NCBI GenBank assembly: GCA_047284725.1
Contig: JBJBEO010000001.1
Location: 2,488,203 to 2,552,202 of the forward strand
Direction: 5' to 3'
Source: Synechococcus sp.
GTDB lineage: Bacteria; Cyanobacteriota; Cyanobacteriia; PCC-6307; Cyanobiaceae
Length of the DNA stretch: 64,000 bases
The translations under genes were made by a program, and so were the position numbers. Of this stretch, positions 22,223-33,443 are shown in pieces. The notes below the pieces were generated by a model. It made no database searches. It saw only the letters and a program-made list of their open reading frames with translations, and was not told the origin of the DNA. Each line of letters starts with the position of its first letter. Position 1 is the stretch's first letter.

Positions 22223-22413
22223 GTCTATGTCTTTTGCTTCAAATCAAGCTTGCCACTACTTCCGTCTTCTTAGGCGTGTGATTCCCCGTCCGTCGACGAT
22301 ATTGTGATTGAGAAAGTCCAGTCGGGATCTTGAGCCGTTGAGCTGGTCGGTGCTTTCAGCAGGTATTCTTTGCTGCGCTTCCGAGGCGGTTTTCGAGCAA
22401 GATCAGCTCAGAG

Positions 22414-23946
22414 TTGCCCGGTAACTGTGTGACCACGATCGCCCGCCGCTGTCTTCGGATTCTTGCTTTGACGGCATTCAGTGGGGGGCTCCTAATGCTG
22501 GCTCCCGTTCGCTCCGCTGCGCTTGAGGCGTTGCGGATGCGTCTGCCGCTTCTGGAAAGCGACATCACCCTCGAACTCGGTGATGCAGAGACTGCTCGCG
22601 ATCTCCTCCAGGTCAATCCTGATCTGGCGGAGCTCGACCGTGCCGGAGAGGGGGCGGTGACGAAAGTTCTGGAGCAGGTGCTCACGGCGCCTTTGCCGCA
22701 GGTGACCAAGGGTTTCCTGGATCAGTCAGCCGGTCAGCCCCTGTTTGAGCAGGCCTTGCTGGCTGCATCTGGGTTGATCCAGGTGGATGGGGTCGCCGCG
22801 CCTCTCAATGGCCGTGATCTCACAACTGCCTTGCAGCTGGCCTACAGCGAGGGCCAGCCCCACTTGCTCGGCGTCCTGCGGCGTCTCCCAGGAAGCACCG
22901 CCTCGATCGACCTGCAGGCCCTGATGTTTTATGCCAATCGACTCAGTCGTCATCAGGCTCAGGCCAAGCAGCTGATTCAGGCCGCTCAATCTCAGCCTGC
23001 GCCTGCGCCTGAGTTGTGGGCTGCCGTGCAGGCGGCTGGCGGCTGGCGGCGACGTGAGGCAACACTGGTGGTGGCCCATCGGTCTCATCCCCTTGAGATC
23101 GTGAGTTTCCAACCGTTGCAAGAGGCCAATGGGCATGTGGTGGTGATTTCCCACGGTCTCTGGGACGAACCGGCCAGTTTTGAAGCCTGGGCCCAATGGT
23201 TGGCCTCGCGCGGTTACACCGTGCTGCTGCCCTTGCACCAAGGTAGTGATCTTGCCCAGCAGCAGGCGATGTTGAGTGGCGAGCTGCCCCCGCCACCGGC
23301 CGATGAATTGCGGCGTCGACCACAGGATGTAACGGCTCTTCTTGACGGGGTGGCAGGCGGTGAGTTGTTGCCCGGAGCTCAGCTCAACACCGAGGCGGTG
23401 GCCATGGTGGGGCATTCCTGGGGTGCGACCACCACGCTTCAAGTGGCCGGTCTCCGCACCACCGATACCAAGTTGATGGCTCGTTGTCAGGACCTTCGCG
23501 ACCCTGAACGCAATCTCAGCTGGGTGCTTCAGTGCAGCTGGTTGCAGTCAGCGTCCGACACCGCGATGTCCGATCCCCGCATCCGTGTGGCGGTGGCGGT
23601 GAGTCCACCTCTGCGTCTGCTGTTTGATGCCGGCAGCGGCCATGAGCTGACGGCTCCGGTGTTGCTGGTGAGTGGAAATCGCGATTGGCTGGTGCCTTCT
23701 GGGCCTGAGGCGATCACACCTCTGCGTCGCAGCTCATCGCTCGCGAACGGGCATCGGTTGGTGCTTGCCTCCGGTGGTGGACATTTCAACCTGCGTGGAC
23801 CTGCCGGTCTTGAGCCGCCTGTGCTGGCTCCACTGATCGAAGCCTGGATCAACCAGACACTGCAGCCCGAGGCCGCTCTGCGTTTCAACGGAGGACGTTG
23901 GGGCAGCGTCCGCATTCCGCTGGTGGATGTCACCCCTCAGCTTTGA
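22414..23946 (+). CDS. Alpha/beta hydrolase with DUF1400-like N-terminus
   Basis: VISHGLW, GHSWG nucleophile elbow, GGHFNL; start uncertain. Confidence 0.85.
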   Translation: MPGNCVTTIARRCLRILALTAFSGGLLMLAPVRSAALEALRMRLPLLESDITLELGDAETARDLLQVNPDLAELDRAGEGAVTKVLEQVLTAPLPQVTKGFLDQSAGQPLFEQALLAASGLIQVDGVAAPLNGRDLTTALQLAYSEGQPHLLGVLRRLPGSTASIDLQALMFYANRLSRHQAQAKQLIQAAQSQPAPAPELWAAVQAAGGWRRREATLVVAHRSHPLEIVSFQPLQEANGHVVVISHGLWDEPASFEAWAQWLASRGYTVLLPLHQGSDLAQQQAMLSGELPPPPADELRRRPQDVTALLDGVAGGELLPGAQLNTEAVAMVGHSWGATTTLQVAGLRTTDTKLMARCQDLRDPERNLSWVLQCSWLQSASDTAMSDPRIRVAVAVSPPLRLLFDAGSGHELTAPVLLVSGNRDWLVPSGPEAITPLRRSSSLANGHRLVLASGGGHFNLRGPAGLEPPVLAPLIEAWINQTLQPEAALRFNGGRWGSVRIPLVDVTPQL

Positions 23947-24186
23947 GTCATGCCATTAAGTCCGCCTCAGCGATTCTGCAAGGCTGCAACGTTTGCATTC
24001 GCTTATCAAATCGGATCACCACAGGATGGGATGGAGGCCCGCTGACCCTTGTGCTGGAGCCGTTTTGTGATCTCCCGTCGCCGTTTGCTGGCTGAAATCT
24101 CAGCTTTTTTTCACGTTTTTCCACTGGGATTCTCCTAATCCTTGACAAGGCCATTCGGTCTGACGCGTTGGGCATCGGAGGTGCGT

Positions 24187-26331
24187 ATGGGCTTCAAGTT
24201 GTTGCATCTCCACCTCCATGGTTTGTTCCGGTCGCACGATCTGGAGTTGGGCCGGGATGCCGATACCGGTGGTCAGACGTTGTATGTGCTGGAACTGGCG
24301 AGGGGTTTGGCCGCTCGACCAGAGGTTGCGCGCGTGGAGGTGGTCACACGCCTGATCCATGACCGGCGCGTGTCGCTTGATTACGCCAGAGCTGAGGAGG
24401 TGATTGCCCCCGGTGCTTCGATTGTGCGTTTGCCGTTTGGCCCCCGACGTTATCTGCGCAAGGAGCAGCTCTGGCCCTATCTCGATGACCTGGCCGACCA
24501 GCTGGTGGCGAGGCTTCAGAATCCCCAGCACCGACCCGATTGGATCCATGCCCATTATGCCGATGCCGGTTATGTGGGGGCGTTGGTCAGCCGTCGCCTG
24601 GGGATTCCACTGGTGTTCACCGGCCATTCTCTGGGCCGGGAAAAGTTACGCCGTCTCCTGGCGGCTGGTGGTGACCACGATCAGATCGAGCAGACGTTCT
24701 CGATCAGCCGACGCATCGATGCTGAGGAACTGGCACTGGTGCATGCCGACCTGGTGATCACCAGTACCCGCCAGGAAGCTGATCAGCAGTATTCCCGCTA
24801 CGGACGGTTTCATCCGGATCGGGCGGAAGTGGTGCCGCCCGGCGTGGATGCCCGTCGTTTCCATCCCCAGGCCACCAGCCTGGAACGTCAGGAGGTGGAT
24901 CTCCTCCTGGACCCTTTCCTGCGCAAGCCAGATCTTCCACCCCTGCTCGCGATTTCCCGGGCGGTGCGGCGCAAGAACATTCCTGCCCTGGTGGAGGCCT
25001 TTGGTCGCTCACCGGTTTTGCGGGAACGCCACAACCTGGTGTTGGTGCTCGGCTGCCGTGAGGATCCTCGCCAATTGGAGAAGCCGCAGCGGGAGGTGTT
25101 CCAGCAGGTGTTCGATCTGGTGGATCGCTACGACCTCTACGGCCAGGTGGCTTACCCGAAGCAGCATCGTCGCGATCAGATTCCTGCCATCTATCGCTGG
25201 GCAGCCCAGCGGCAGGGGTTGTTTGTGAATCCAGCCCTCACCGAACCGTTTGGTCTCACCCTGTTGGAGGCGGCTGCCTGCGGTCTGCCGATGGTGGCCA
25301 CTGACGATGGCGGTCCGCGCGACATCCTCTCCCGTTGTGACAACGGTCTGCTCGTGGACGTCACCGATCTCGAAGCCGTGCAGGACGGTCTCGAACAGGC
25401 TGGGTCAGACCCTGTGCGTTGGCAGCGCTGGAGCGACAACGGCATTGAGGCGGTGAGCCGTCATTTCAGTTGGGATGCGCACATTTGCTCCTATCTGTCG
25501 CTGATGCAGCGCAAGTTGCGCAGTCGTGAGCGGGTGCTGACCGGTGCTGCGGACCTGAGCGTGGCCCCTGTATCGACGCCTTTGGGAGATCGTCTGCTTC
25601 TGCTCGATCTGGATCACAGTCTCGACAGTCCTGCGGGGGTTGGTTTCGATGCCCTGCGTGATCACCTGGAGCAAGAGTCACGCTCCGGTCGCCCCAGCAC
25701 CCTGGGGATCCTGACGGGTCGTTCCTTGGCGGCTGCCCGCCATCGTTTTGCAGACCTGCACTTGCCTGACCCCGGTGTGTGGATCACCCGGGCGGGCACG
25801 GAAATTGTCTACGGCCAAGACGAGACTCCTGACGCCGAGTGGTCACGCACCATCGCGGTGGACTGGAATCGCGCCCGGGTGGAAGAGTCCCTGCTCGGGC
25901 TTGGCTCCCACCTGAGGTTGCAGGAGGCCGACCACCAAGGCGAGTTCAAGGTCAGTTATCTGCTGCGGCAGTCGGAGGATCAGATCCTGTCGTTGGTGCG
26001 CCAGCGTCTGCGTCAGCGCCAACAGGCGGCTCGGCCTTCTCTGCGCTGCCATTGGTTCCTGGATGTGACGCCGATCGGTGCGTCTCGCAGTGAGGCGATT
26101 CGTTACCTCTCCCTGCGTTGGGGTCTTCCCCTTGACCGGATTCTTGTGGTCGCCAGCGAACACGGGGATGGCGAGCTGGTGCAGGGATTGCCCGCCACGG
26201 TGGTTCTGGCGGAGCATGATCCCAGCCTTGATGGCTTTCGCCAGCAACCGCGCGTGTTCTTTGCCAGTCGCCAGTCGATGTCGGGGGTTCTGGAGGGCAT
26301 CCAGCACTACCGCTTCCAAAAGCGTCGTTGA
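24187..26331 (+). CDS. spsA: Sucrose-phosphate synthase with C-terminal HAD (SPP-like) domain
   Basis: LGRDADTGGQTLYVLEL, HAHYADA, NPALTEPFGLTLLEAAACGLP, C-terminal LLDLD HAD domain. Confidence 0.93.
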   Translation: MGFKLLHLHLHGLFRSHDLELGRDADTGGQTLYVLELARGLAARPEVARVEVVTRLIHDRRVSLDYARAEEVIAPGASIVRLPFGPRRYLRKEQLWPYLDDLADQLVARLQNPQHRPDWIHAHYADAGYVGALVSRRLGIPLVFTGHSLGREKLRRLLAAGGDHDQIEQTFSISRRIDAEELALVHADLVITSTRQEADQQYSRYGRFHPDRAEVVPPGVDARRFHPQATSLERQEVDLLLDPFLRKPDLPPLLAISRAVRRKNIPALVEAFGRSPVLRERHNLVLVLGCREDPRQLEKPQREVFQQVFDLVDRYDLYGQVAYPKQHRRDQIPAIYRWAAQRQGLFVNPALTEPFGLTLLEAAACGLPMVATDDGGPRDILSRCDNGLLVDVTDLEAVQDGLEQAGSDPVRWQRWSDNGIEAVSRHFSWDAHICSYLSLMQRKLRSRERVLTGAADLSVAPVSTPLGDRLLLLDLDHSLDSPAGVGFDALRDHLEQESRSGRPSTLGILTGRSLAAARHRFADLHLPDPGVWITRAGTEIVYGQDETPDAEWSRTIAVDWNRARVEESLLGLGSHLRLQEADHQGEFKVSYLLRQSEDQILSLVRQRLRQRQQAARPSLRCHWFLDVTPIGASRSEAIRYLSLRWGLPLDRILVVASEHGDGELVQGLPATVVLAEHDPSLDGFRQQPRVFFASRQSMSGVLEGIQHYRFQKRR

Positions 26332-26337
26332 TGGGGC

Positions 26338-27504
26338 TCAGCCCGGCAGCACCTCAATGCAGGAGGCGGCCCGATCGGCTTTGTCCCGTGCGTTCGCCAC
26401 GTCTGTTCCACAGCTGAGGGCGACGCCCATGCGCCGGCCGGGGCGGGCATCCGGTTTGCCGAAGAGCAACACCTGGCTGTCTGGTTCGCTCAGAGCTGCT
26501 GCGACTCCTGAGAAGGTGACGCTGGTCATGGCTCGATCGGCCAGGATCACACGGCTTGCCGAGGGGGCCTGGCATTGAATCGTCGGGATGGGCAGGCCGA
26601 GCACCGCCCGCAGGTGCAGTTCGAACTCACTCAGGTTCTGGCTGGCCAGGGTCACCAGACCTGTGTCGTGGGGCCTGGGTGAGAGCTCGGAGAACACCAC
26701 CTCGTCGCCGCAGAGGAAGAATTCCACACCGAAGAGGCCGACGCCTCCAAGGTTGTCGGTCACGGTGCGGGCCATGGCCTGGGCTTGCTCCAGCTGGGTG
26801 GCACTGAGGGCGGCGGGCTGCCAGCTGCACTGATAGTCGCCGCCGCTTTGTTCATGGCCGATCGGCGGACAGAACAGGGTGGTGCCATCCGTCTGGCGAA
26901 TCGTGAGCAGGGTGATCTCCAGCTCGAACCGCAGGAATTCCTCCACGATCACCCGGTCACCGCTGCCCCGGGCTCCGGACACGGCTGTCTGCCAGGCGCT
27001 TTCGAGCTCATCGGCACTGTGCACTACGCTCTGGCCCTTGCCGGAGGAACTCATCACCGGTTTGACCACAACAGGAAAGCCGAGCGGAGCGGTCGCGGCC
27101 TTCAGTTCTTCCAGGTTGGTGGCGTAGGCGAAGCGGGCTGTGCGCAGGCCGAGCTCATCGGCGGCGAGGTCGCGGATGCGGTCGCGATTCATCGTCACCG
27201 CTGTGGCGCGGGCGGTGGGGATGACCTGGATGCCGTCATCCTCCAGGGCCTGAAGTGCATCCACCGCCAGGGCTTCGATTTCAGGGATCACGACATCGGG
27301 CTTGTGCCTCCGCACCATCGCCTGCAAGGCGGAGGCATCCGTCATAGCAATCACTTCCGCCTGATCCGCCACCTGCATGGCGGGAGCATTCGCATAGCGA
27401 TCGCAGGCGATCACCCTGCAGCCCAGGCGCTGGGCGGCGATCACCACTTCCTTACCCAGTTCGCCGCTGCCCAGCAGCATCACGGTTTTGGGGAACATGG
27501 TCAT
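26338..27504 (-). CDS. purT: Formate-dependent phosphoribosylglycinamide formyltransferase
   Basis: MLLGSGELGKE, KPVMSSSGKGQS, ELSPRPHDTG, RRMGVAL. Confidence 0.96.
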   Translation of the reverse strand: MTMFPKTVMLLGSGELGKEVVIAAQRLGCRVIACDRYANAPAMQVADQAEVIAMTDASALQAMVRRHKPDVVIPEIEALAVDALQALEDDGIQVIPTARATAVTMNRDRIRDLAADELGLRTARFAYATNLEELKAATAPLGFPVVVKPVMSSSGKGQSVVHSADELESAWQTAVSGARGSGDRVIVEEFLRFELEITLLTIRQTDGTTLFCPPIGHEQSGGDYQCSWQPAALSATQLEQAQAMARTVTDNLGGVGLFGVEFFLCGDEVVFSELSPRPHDTGLVTLASQNLSEFELHLRAVLGLPIPTIQCQAPSASRVILADRAMTSVTFSGVAAALSEPDSQVLLFGKPDARPGRRMGVALSCGTDVANARDKADRAASCIEVLPG

Positions 27505-27550
27505 GGACGGTGAGGCATCAGCATGGTGTGATCTTCGCGTTTCGCCGGGC

Positions 27551-27712
27551 ATGGCCTCGCTGTTTGCTTTTTCCACGGCCGGTGATGCTGCCAATGGTCT
27601 GCTGTTCGGCTGGGAGATCGCCACGTTGCAGAAGTGGGCATTGATTTATCTCGGGGTGTCGTCGCTGGCTTTTGTGGTGGTGTGGATTGTCGGTGCTGTG
27701 CGTCGTCAGTGA
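27551..27712 (+). CDS. Small single-TM conserved picocyanobacterial protein
   Basis: MASLFAF...LLFGWEIATLQKWALIYLGVSSLAFVVVWIVG; fills the gap and has one TM helix. Confidence 0.6.
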   Translation: MASLFAFSTAGDAANGLLFGWEIATLQKWALIYLGVSSLAFVVVWIVGAVRRQ

Positions 27713-27716
27713 TCGT

Positions 27717-27980
27717 TCACCCCTGATGGGGCGGATCGGAAGGATCGGGAATCAGAGTGAGCTGTCGCTCGGGTGATTCCTCGTTCACGAATCCCCAGGC
27801 ATCGAACACCGCCGGAGTGGGGTGGGTGATGCGTTGTTGCTGATTGCTGCGTTCCAGCTGGAACCCTTCCTTGGCCATCCGACGCATCAGGCTTGCCGCT
27901 TCTTCGAAGCGAGCAGCCATGGCTTCGAGGCTTGCGCAGTCGCTGGTGAGACCAGCTTCTTTCCAGGTGAAATAGGCCAT
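27717..27980 (-). CDS. Conserved hypothetical protein
   Basis: MAYFTWKEAGLTSDCASLEAMAARFEE; typical codon usage, syntenic downstream of mraY. Confidence 0.65.
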   Translation of the reverse strand: MAYFTWKEAGLTSDCASLEAMAARFEEAASLMRRMAKEGFQLERSNQQQRITHPTPAVFDAWGFVNEESPERQLTLIPDPSDPPHQG

Positions 27981-28087
27981 GGCCGTGACAGCGGGGTGGT
28001 GGTGCTGGTTGCTAACCAATCCTGCTTGGTTGGCGGTTTATGGAGACCCGTAACGAGACTGTGACGCGATTGACGCGTTGATGTGCC

Positions 28088-29191
28088 TCATGCGGTTGGG
28101 CGCAGCAGGAGGCCCAGCACCACCAGGCCTGCGGTTGTGAGCCAGAACCCGTGTACCACCTGCTGCTCGGCCATGCCTCCCAGTTCGAAGTGGTGGTGCA
28201 GGGGCGCCATGCGCAGCACGCGATGGCCCTGGCCGGTGTCGGGATCTTTGGTGGCCTTGAACACCCACACCTGCAGGATCACGGAGAGCGACTCCGCCAG
28301 AAACACCCCGCCCATCACCAGCAGCGGCCAGAGACTGTTGCTGAGCAGAGCCACCGCCGTGAGAGCAGCGCCCATGGCCAGCGACCCCGTGTCGCCCATG
28401 AACACCTTGGCAGGATTGCGGTTGTGGATCAGAAAGCCGATCCAGGCTCCGGCCATCGCCATGCAGAACCCCGCCAGTACGGGGTCGCCGCTGTTGCCGC
28501 GCAACAGCAACTGCAGCCCCAGACCGGTGAAGACCAGAGCGGCGCAGCCGGATGCCAGGCCATCCAGGCCATCGGTGAGGTTGGTGGCGTTGCTCTCCGC
28601 CAGAAACACGAACAGACCCAAGGGCCAGATCAACCAGCCGAGGTGGATCTGCCAGGCGAAGGGGAGAGCCACGGTGGTGGAGATCCACCCCTGCCATCCG
28701 GAAACGGTCAGAAACAGGGCGGCCACCCCGGCCTGGAGCAGCAGTTTTCCCTGTGGTGTGAGGCCTGTGTTGGTCTGTCGCGTCAGGCTGCGCCAGTCAT
28801 CGAGACCGCCGATCCACATGAACGCCAGGGTTACGGCAGCAACAGCCAGCAAGCGCATGTCCTGGCCGTCGCCAATGCTCACCAGAGCACCGATGATCAC
28901 ACCCACCGGCACCACCAGCAGACCACCCATGGTGGGGGTGCCCCCTTTGCTCAGATGGGCCTGGGGTCCGTCTTCCCGAATCACCTGACCCATCTTCAGG
29001 GCCCGCAGCCTGGGGATGCCCAGCCCGGCGATCAGGCTTGCCAGCAGTGTGGTGGCCAGCAGTGGCAGGCTGAGCAGGCTGCTGTGCTGTTGGGCGTCGA
29101 AGCCGAAGGCAGAGGCGAACACCACACTGGCCAGCACTGCCGCTGGCCAGCGACCGTCCTGCGGTTGGGACGGATCCTTGGGTTCACGCAC
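28088..29191 (-). CDS. mraY: Phospho-N-acetylmuramoyl-pentapeptide transferase
   Basis: [38 protein letters not shown]. Confidence 0.96.
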   Translation of the reverse strand: MREPKDPSQPQDGRWPAAVLASVVFASAFGFDAQQHSSLLSLPLLATTLLASLIAGLGIPRLRALKMGQVIREDGPQAHLSKGGTPTMGGLLVVPVGVIIGALVSIGDGQDMRLLAVAAVTLAFMWIGGLDDWRSLTRQTNTGLTPQGKLLLQAGVAALFLTVSGWQGWISTTVALPFAWQIHLGWLIWPLGLFVFLAESNATNLTDGLDGLASGCAALVFTGLGLQLLLRGNSGDPVLAGFCMAMAGAWIGFLIHNRNPAKVFMGDTGSLAMGAALTAVALLSNSLWPLLVMGGVFLAESLSVILQVWVFKATKDPDTGQGHRVLRMAPLHHHFELGGMAEQQVVHGFWLTTAGLVVLGLLLRPTA

Positions 29192-29302
29192 GGTTTGGCC
29201 TCGAGGCGCCCGGACGATAGGGGAACCGCCGGTTCCCCATCGCTGGGAAGGGTCAGTCGACCGTCAGGCCTGCCGGGGGCCAGCGCAGCGATCCGGCACG
29301 AC

Positions 29303-29554
29303 TCAGTCTTCCCAGCCTTCTTCTTGCTCGTCGTCCTTGTTGTAGTCCTCTTTCTCGCCCATCAGCGCCGACAGTTCCTCCTCTTCCACCGTGCTCACAT
29401 CGCTGGACGAGGATTCCTCGTCTTCCACCAGGCGTCCACTGGTTTCAAGCCAGCTGAGCAGATCGGGCTCTTCGCGCAGGGGCAGCACCGGTGCCGGCTC
29501 CTTGCGCCCGTAACGGGTCAGGGCTGGGTTGATGCTGTCGAGTGCGCTGCTCAT
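29303..29554 (-). CDS. DUF3134 family protein
   Basis: NPALTRYGRKEPAPVLPLREEPDLLSWLETSGRL with acidic tail. Confidence 0.8.
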   Translation of the reverse strand: MSSALDSINPALTRYGRKEPAPVLPLREEPDLLSWLETSGRLVEDEESSSSDVSTVEEEELSALMGEKEDYNKDDEQEEGWED

Positions 29555-29631
29555 CGCCGAGGACAAAGTCCAATCAGTCCAATCAATCAGCATAGTGGAC
29601 GGCAATCACACCGATCGGGAGCCGGAGCGGT

Positions 29632-29856
29632 TTGGGTAGCAAATCTCTGATGTTGCTGCTGGTCTGGGGATTGGCTCTTCTGATCAGCGTCTGTCTGCGC
29701 GCCTGGGGTGCTCAGCACCCCGGGGATCCCGCCATTGATGCCACCGTTGTGGCTCTGCTGGTGTTTGCCCCGTCGGGGCTGGTGCTGGCCTGGTTGTTGG
29801 TGGGGCTGACCGGCGGGGAGGGAGAATCAGACGATTGTGAACAGGAGTCCCGTTGA
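29632..29856 (+). CDS. Small 2-TM membrane protein upstream of argG
   Basis: Two hydrophobic segments; stop overlaps the argG start (TGATG). Confidence 0.55.
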   Translation: MGSKSLMLLLVWGLALLISVCLRAWGAQHPGDPAIDATVVALLVFAPSGLVLAWLLVGLTGGEGESDDCEQESR

Positions 29857-31061
29857 TGGGCCGTGCGAAGAAGGTCGTGCTCGCCTATTCCGGTGGAGTG
29901 GATACCAGCGTCTGTATTCCCTATCTCAAGCAGGAATGGGGCGTCGACGAGGTGATCACCTTCGCGGCCGATCTCGGTCAGGGGGATGAGCTCGAGCCGA
30001 TCCGCTTGAAGGCCCTGGAAGCCGGGGCCAGCCAGTCGCTGGTGGGCGACCTGATTCAGCCTTTCATCGAGGAGTTCGCGTTTCCGGCCATTCGGGCCAA
30101 TGCTCTGTATGAAGGGCGCTATCCCCTCTCCACCGCTCTGGCACGCCCGCTGATCGCCCGTCGCCTCGTGGAGGTGGCCCGCGAGGTGGGTGCCGATGCC
30201 GTGGCCCATGGATGCACCGGAAAGGGCAACGACCAGGTTCGCTTCGATGTGGCCATTGCTGCCCTGGCGCCGGATCTGAAGGTGCTTACCCCTGCGCGCG
30301 AGTGGGGGATGAGCCGTGAGGAAACGATCGCCTACGGCGAGCGCTGCGGGATTCCTGCGCCGGTGAGCAAGAAGTCGCCGTATTCGATCGACCTCAACCT
30401 GCTCGGTCGCAGCATCGAGGCGGGTCCCCTGGAGGATCCGATGGTGGCGCCGCCTGAGGAGGTGTTCGCCATGACCCGGTCGGTGGCCGACACCCCTGAT
30501 GCCCCTGACGAGATCGAGATCAGTTTTGAGGCCGGGAATCCCGTCGCCATCAACGGTCAGCGTCTGGATCCGGTGGCCCTGATCCGCGAGGCCAACCGTC
30601 TCGCGGGAACCCATGGCATCGGCCGTCTCGACATGATCGAGAACCGGGTGGTGGGGATCAAGAGCCGCGAGATCTACGAAACGCCTGGTCTGCTGCTGCT
30701 GATTCAGGCCCACCAGGAGCTGGAAAGCCTCACCCTCGCTGCCGATGTGCTGCGCAGCAAGCGTCAGCTGGAGATGCAGTGGGCCGACCTGGTGTACCAG
30801 GGGCTCTGGTTCGGCCCCCTCAAGGATGCCCTCGACGGCTTCATGGACCGCACGCAGCAGCACGTGAACGGCGTCGTTCGCCTGCGCCTCCACAAGGGCA
30901 CCGCCACGGTCACCGGCCGGGCCTCCACCGGCAGCAGCCTCTATGTGCCGGCCATGGCCTCCTACGGCAGTGAGGATCAATTCGATCACCGTGCCGCTGA
31001 GGGCTTCATCTACGTGTGGGGTCTTCCGACCCGTCTCTGGGCTGCAACCCATCGCCGCTGA
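29856..31061 (+). CDS. argG: Argininosuccinate synthase
   Basis: [31 protein letters not shown]. Confidence 0.97.
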   Translation: MGRAKKVVLAYSGGVDTSVCIPYLKQEWGVDEVITFAADLGQGDELEPIRLKALEAGASQSLVGDLIQPFIEEFAFPAIRANALYEGRYPLSTALARPLIARRLVEVAREVGADAVAHGCTGKGNDQVRFDVAIAALAPDLKVLTPAREWGMSREETIAYGERCGIPAPVSKKSPYSIDLNLLGRSIEAGPLEDPMVAPPEEVFAMTRSVADTPDAPDEIEISFEAGNPVAINGQRLDPVALIREANRLAGTHGIGRLDMIENRVVGIKSREIYETPGLLLLIQAHQELESLTLAADVLRSKRQLEMQWADLVYQGLWFGPLKDALDGFMDRTQQHVNGVVRLRLHKGTATVTGRASTGSSLYVPAMASYGSEDQFDHRAAEGFIYVWGLPTRLWAATHRR

Positions 31062-31110
31062 TGCAGCCAGCGGATTCTCCTCTGGCTTGCTGCCGCACCA
31101 GCTGCCGCCG

Positions 31111-31533
31111 TCAGGCGGCTTTATTGGATGCGTCGTGGTCGTCCTGCGTTCCGAGCCGGCGCATCAGAGGCCAGTTCCAACGCAAGGCAGGCCGTTGCAG
31201 GGGTTCGCGGGCCGGTTCGAGCAACTCCTGCGCCTGGGCCAGGAGGCGATAGCGCTCCAGCAGTGGTTCCAGCCGTTGCTGGAACTTGCGCTCGAACAGA
31301 TCGGGCAGATCGGCCAGGAGGCTTTCATACTCAGCCACGCTGGCTTCGAGTTCTTCGACTCGGGCGCGGAGACGGATCAGCTCAGCCTGCGCAGCGCTGT
31401 TGTCGTAGATGGTGTCGTCAAGGTCCATGACGGGCTCTGCGGTAACTGGACTTCCATGGGATGGCTTGTCCTTCCTGTCTACAGCAGCCCAGAGCGGTGA
31501 TGGCGCCTGATGGTCATCAAAAAAAAAGTCCAT
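31111..31533 (-). CDS. Conserved hypothetical coiled-coil protein
   Basis: LRARVEELEASVAEYESLLADLPDLFERKFQQRLEPLLERY; start uncertain. Confidence 0.6.
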   Translation of the reverse strand: MDFFFDDHQAPSPLWAAVDRKDKPSHGSPVTAEPVMDLDDTIYDNSAAQAELIRLRARVEELEASVAEYESLLADLPDLFERKFQQRLEPLLERYRLLAQAQELLEPAREPLQRPALRWNWPLMRRLGTQDDHDASNKAA

Positions 31534-31587
31534 GGCCAGACGGTATCGCCCGGCCATGGAGCCATCAATGCTTGGTCAGGCGATCAA

Positions 31588-31968
31588 TCAGGCGGGGGTT
31601 CCGGCGGGCTCAGCCTGGTCCTGTGCGGCGGCGGCAGGCGCGCTGCCGGGCATCACGCGGGGCTCGGGCAGAGGTCCTTCCTGCTTCACGGTGAGGTAGC
31701 GCATCACGTCTTCGCTGAGGCGCATGGCCTTCTCCAGCACAGCCACCTGCTGGCCGTCGCCGTTGTGGCTCAGCTGCACGTAGATGCCTTCCTTGTTCTT
31801 GTTGATCGCGTACGCCAGGCGACGCTTGCCGCGCATCTGGTTATCGAGCACCTCGGCGCCAGCCTCAACGAGGATGTCGCGGTACTTGGTGAGATGGGAC
31901 TCAACTTCCTCTTCCGGAATGTCCGGACGGAGGATGTACATGGTCTCGTAGTAAGGCGTCTGGGTCAT
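31588..31968 (-). CDS. rpsF: 30S ribosomal protein S6
   Basis: [28 protein letters not shown] C-terminal motif. Confidence 0.96.
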   Translation of the reverse strand: MTQTPYYETMYILRPDIPEEEVESHLTKYRDILVEAGAEVLDNQMRGKRRLAYAINKNKEGIYVQLSHNGDGQQVAVLEKAMRLSEDVMRYLTVKQEGPLPEPRVMPGSAPAAAAQDQAEPAGTPA

Positions 31969-32049
31969 TGGGGATCGATCCGACAGGGACTCAAGGCTCA
32001 CCGAAGTGAGCGACGGATCGATCATGTTATCGCCTGGGGGGTTGACAGC

Positions 32050-32514
32050 TCAGTAGAGCTGCATGCGTACGGCCTGGCTGATGCCCGGTAGATCCGGCTC
32101 CCGGCCGCCCAGACACTCGATCAGGGCGAAAATCACGATGGCAAGAACCGCCAGCAGCACCGTGCTTCCCAGGGTGTGCAGGATCAGTCCGTTGCCGAGG
32201 GGGGCGATCAGCAGCTGAAAGCCGTAGCCCAGTAGCACGACAACAATGTCGATCAGAATGGCCTGCAGGGTGTTGAAGCGCAGGAAGTAGGGCACGTTCG
32301 GGTTGCGCGCCACGGCGAGGAAGAGCACGAAGAACACCAGCAGATTCCCGAAGGGAATGCCGCGTTCGAGGAGCACCAGCGGCAACGCCGGCAGGGTGAG
32401 CCACTGAAGCCAGGGGAATTGACCCATCAGATGGCCGCCAAAGGGGATGGCGTCACTCCAGGGGAGCACATACACCAGCACGCCCAACAGGCGTTGCCAC
32501 ACGGGGATCGTCAC
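32050..32514 (-). CDS. Tic20/Ycf60 family membrane protein
   Basis: YVLPWSDAIPFG, VPYFLRFNTLQAILID, PDLPGISQAVRMQL. Confidence 0.88.
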   Translation of the reverse strand: MTIPVWQRLLGVLVYVLPWSDAIPFGGHLMGQFPWLQWLTLPALPLVLLERGIPFGNLLVFFVLFLAVARNPNVPYFLRFNTLQAILIDIVVVLLGYGFQLLIAPLGNGLILHTLGSTVLLAVLAIVIFALIECLGGREPDLPGISQAVRMQLY

Positions 32515-32543
32515 GGGAACAGCAGGCCTGGATTGCGCCGACG

Positions 32544-33443
32544 CTAGGTGTTGAGATGCTCCAGGGCAGCGGATCGCATCGCTGTAACCGGAACATCGCT
32601 TCGCTCGGTCCACAACCGCAGGGCGGCGGCCCCTTGCTGCACCAGCATTTCGAGGCCGTCCAGCGTTCGACAGCCATGGTCGGCTGCCTGTTGCAGCAGT
32701 CGTGTGGGCCGCGGGGTGTAGATGATGTCGTACACCCAACTGCCGGGTTGGAGCCGGCGGATCTGTTCTGGGTTGAGGGGGCTGGCGTCTGCCGCTGCAG
32801 GGTTGTCCGGAGAGGCCATGCCCACCGGCGTGGTGTTCACCACCACATCGCAGTGGTCGAGTGCCGCCGCCAGGGCCTGGTCGCTGTTCCACAGCAGGGT
32901 CTCCAGCTGGGGCGACCAGCGGCCGCAGGCGGCCATCACCGCATCCAACACCTGTTGCCGGCGTGCGGCGATCTGGATGCGGGCGCATCCCAGTTCGGTG
33001 AGGCCGGCCACCACCGCTCTGGCACTGCCGCCGCCGCCGAGCACCAGGGCGCGGCGTTGGCTCCAGTTGGGTTCGGCCTCCTGCAGTGGCCGGTAGAACC
33101 CTTCCACGTCGGTGTTGGTGCCGAACCAACCGCCATCGTTTCGGGGTACGAGCACGTTCACGGCTCCCAGGCGCTGAGCCAGGGGACTGAGCTCACGGCA
33201 GAGCCCGGCCACGCTCTGTTTGTGGGGGATCGTCACGTTGAGGCCGCGGCAACCGATGGCCTCCAGGCCCCGTACGACGGTTCCCAGCTGGTCCGCCGGC
33301 GTGGGCAGGGCCAGAAACACCCAGTCGAGCCCCATTACCTGGAGGGCGGCGTTGTGCATGGCCGGCGACAGTGAGTGATGCACGGGATCACCCAGGAGGC
33401 CCACCAGGCCGGTGCTGGCGCCGATCGTGCCGGGGCTGGTCAT
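32544..33443 (-). CDS. aroE: Shikimate dehydrogenase
   Basis: [41 protein letters not shown]. Confidence 0.95.
   Translation of the reverse strand: MTSPGTIGASTGLVGLLGDPVHHSLSPAMHNAALQVMGLDWVFLALPTPADQLGTVVRGLEAIGCRGLNVTIPHKQSVAGLCRELSPLAQRLGAVNVLVPRNDGGWFGTNTDVEGFYRPLQEAEPNWSQRRALVLGGGGSARAVVAGLTELGCARIQIAARRQQVLDAVMAACGRWSPQLETLLWNSDQALAAALDHCDVVVNTTPVGMASPDNPAAADASPLNPEQIRRLQPGSWVYDIIYTPRPTRLLQQAADHGCRTLDGLEMLVQQGAAALRLWTERSDVPVTAMRSAALEHLNT

Larger units (their letters stand above)
10749..22330. mobile_element. AT-rich genomic island carrying c-di-GMP signalling genes
   Basis: Abrupt compositional shift after the uvrA stop, returning to high GC near 22.3 kb (judged by eye); accessory gene content, pseudogenes, possible recombinase relic; boundaries approximate. 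Confidence 0.8.

Noticed and set aside
10749..22330. Direct repeats bounding the c-di-GMP island
   Set aside because: No convincing duplication of the uvrA 3' end or other att-like repeat found at the right boundary
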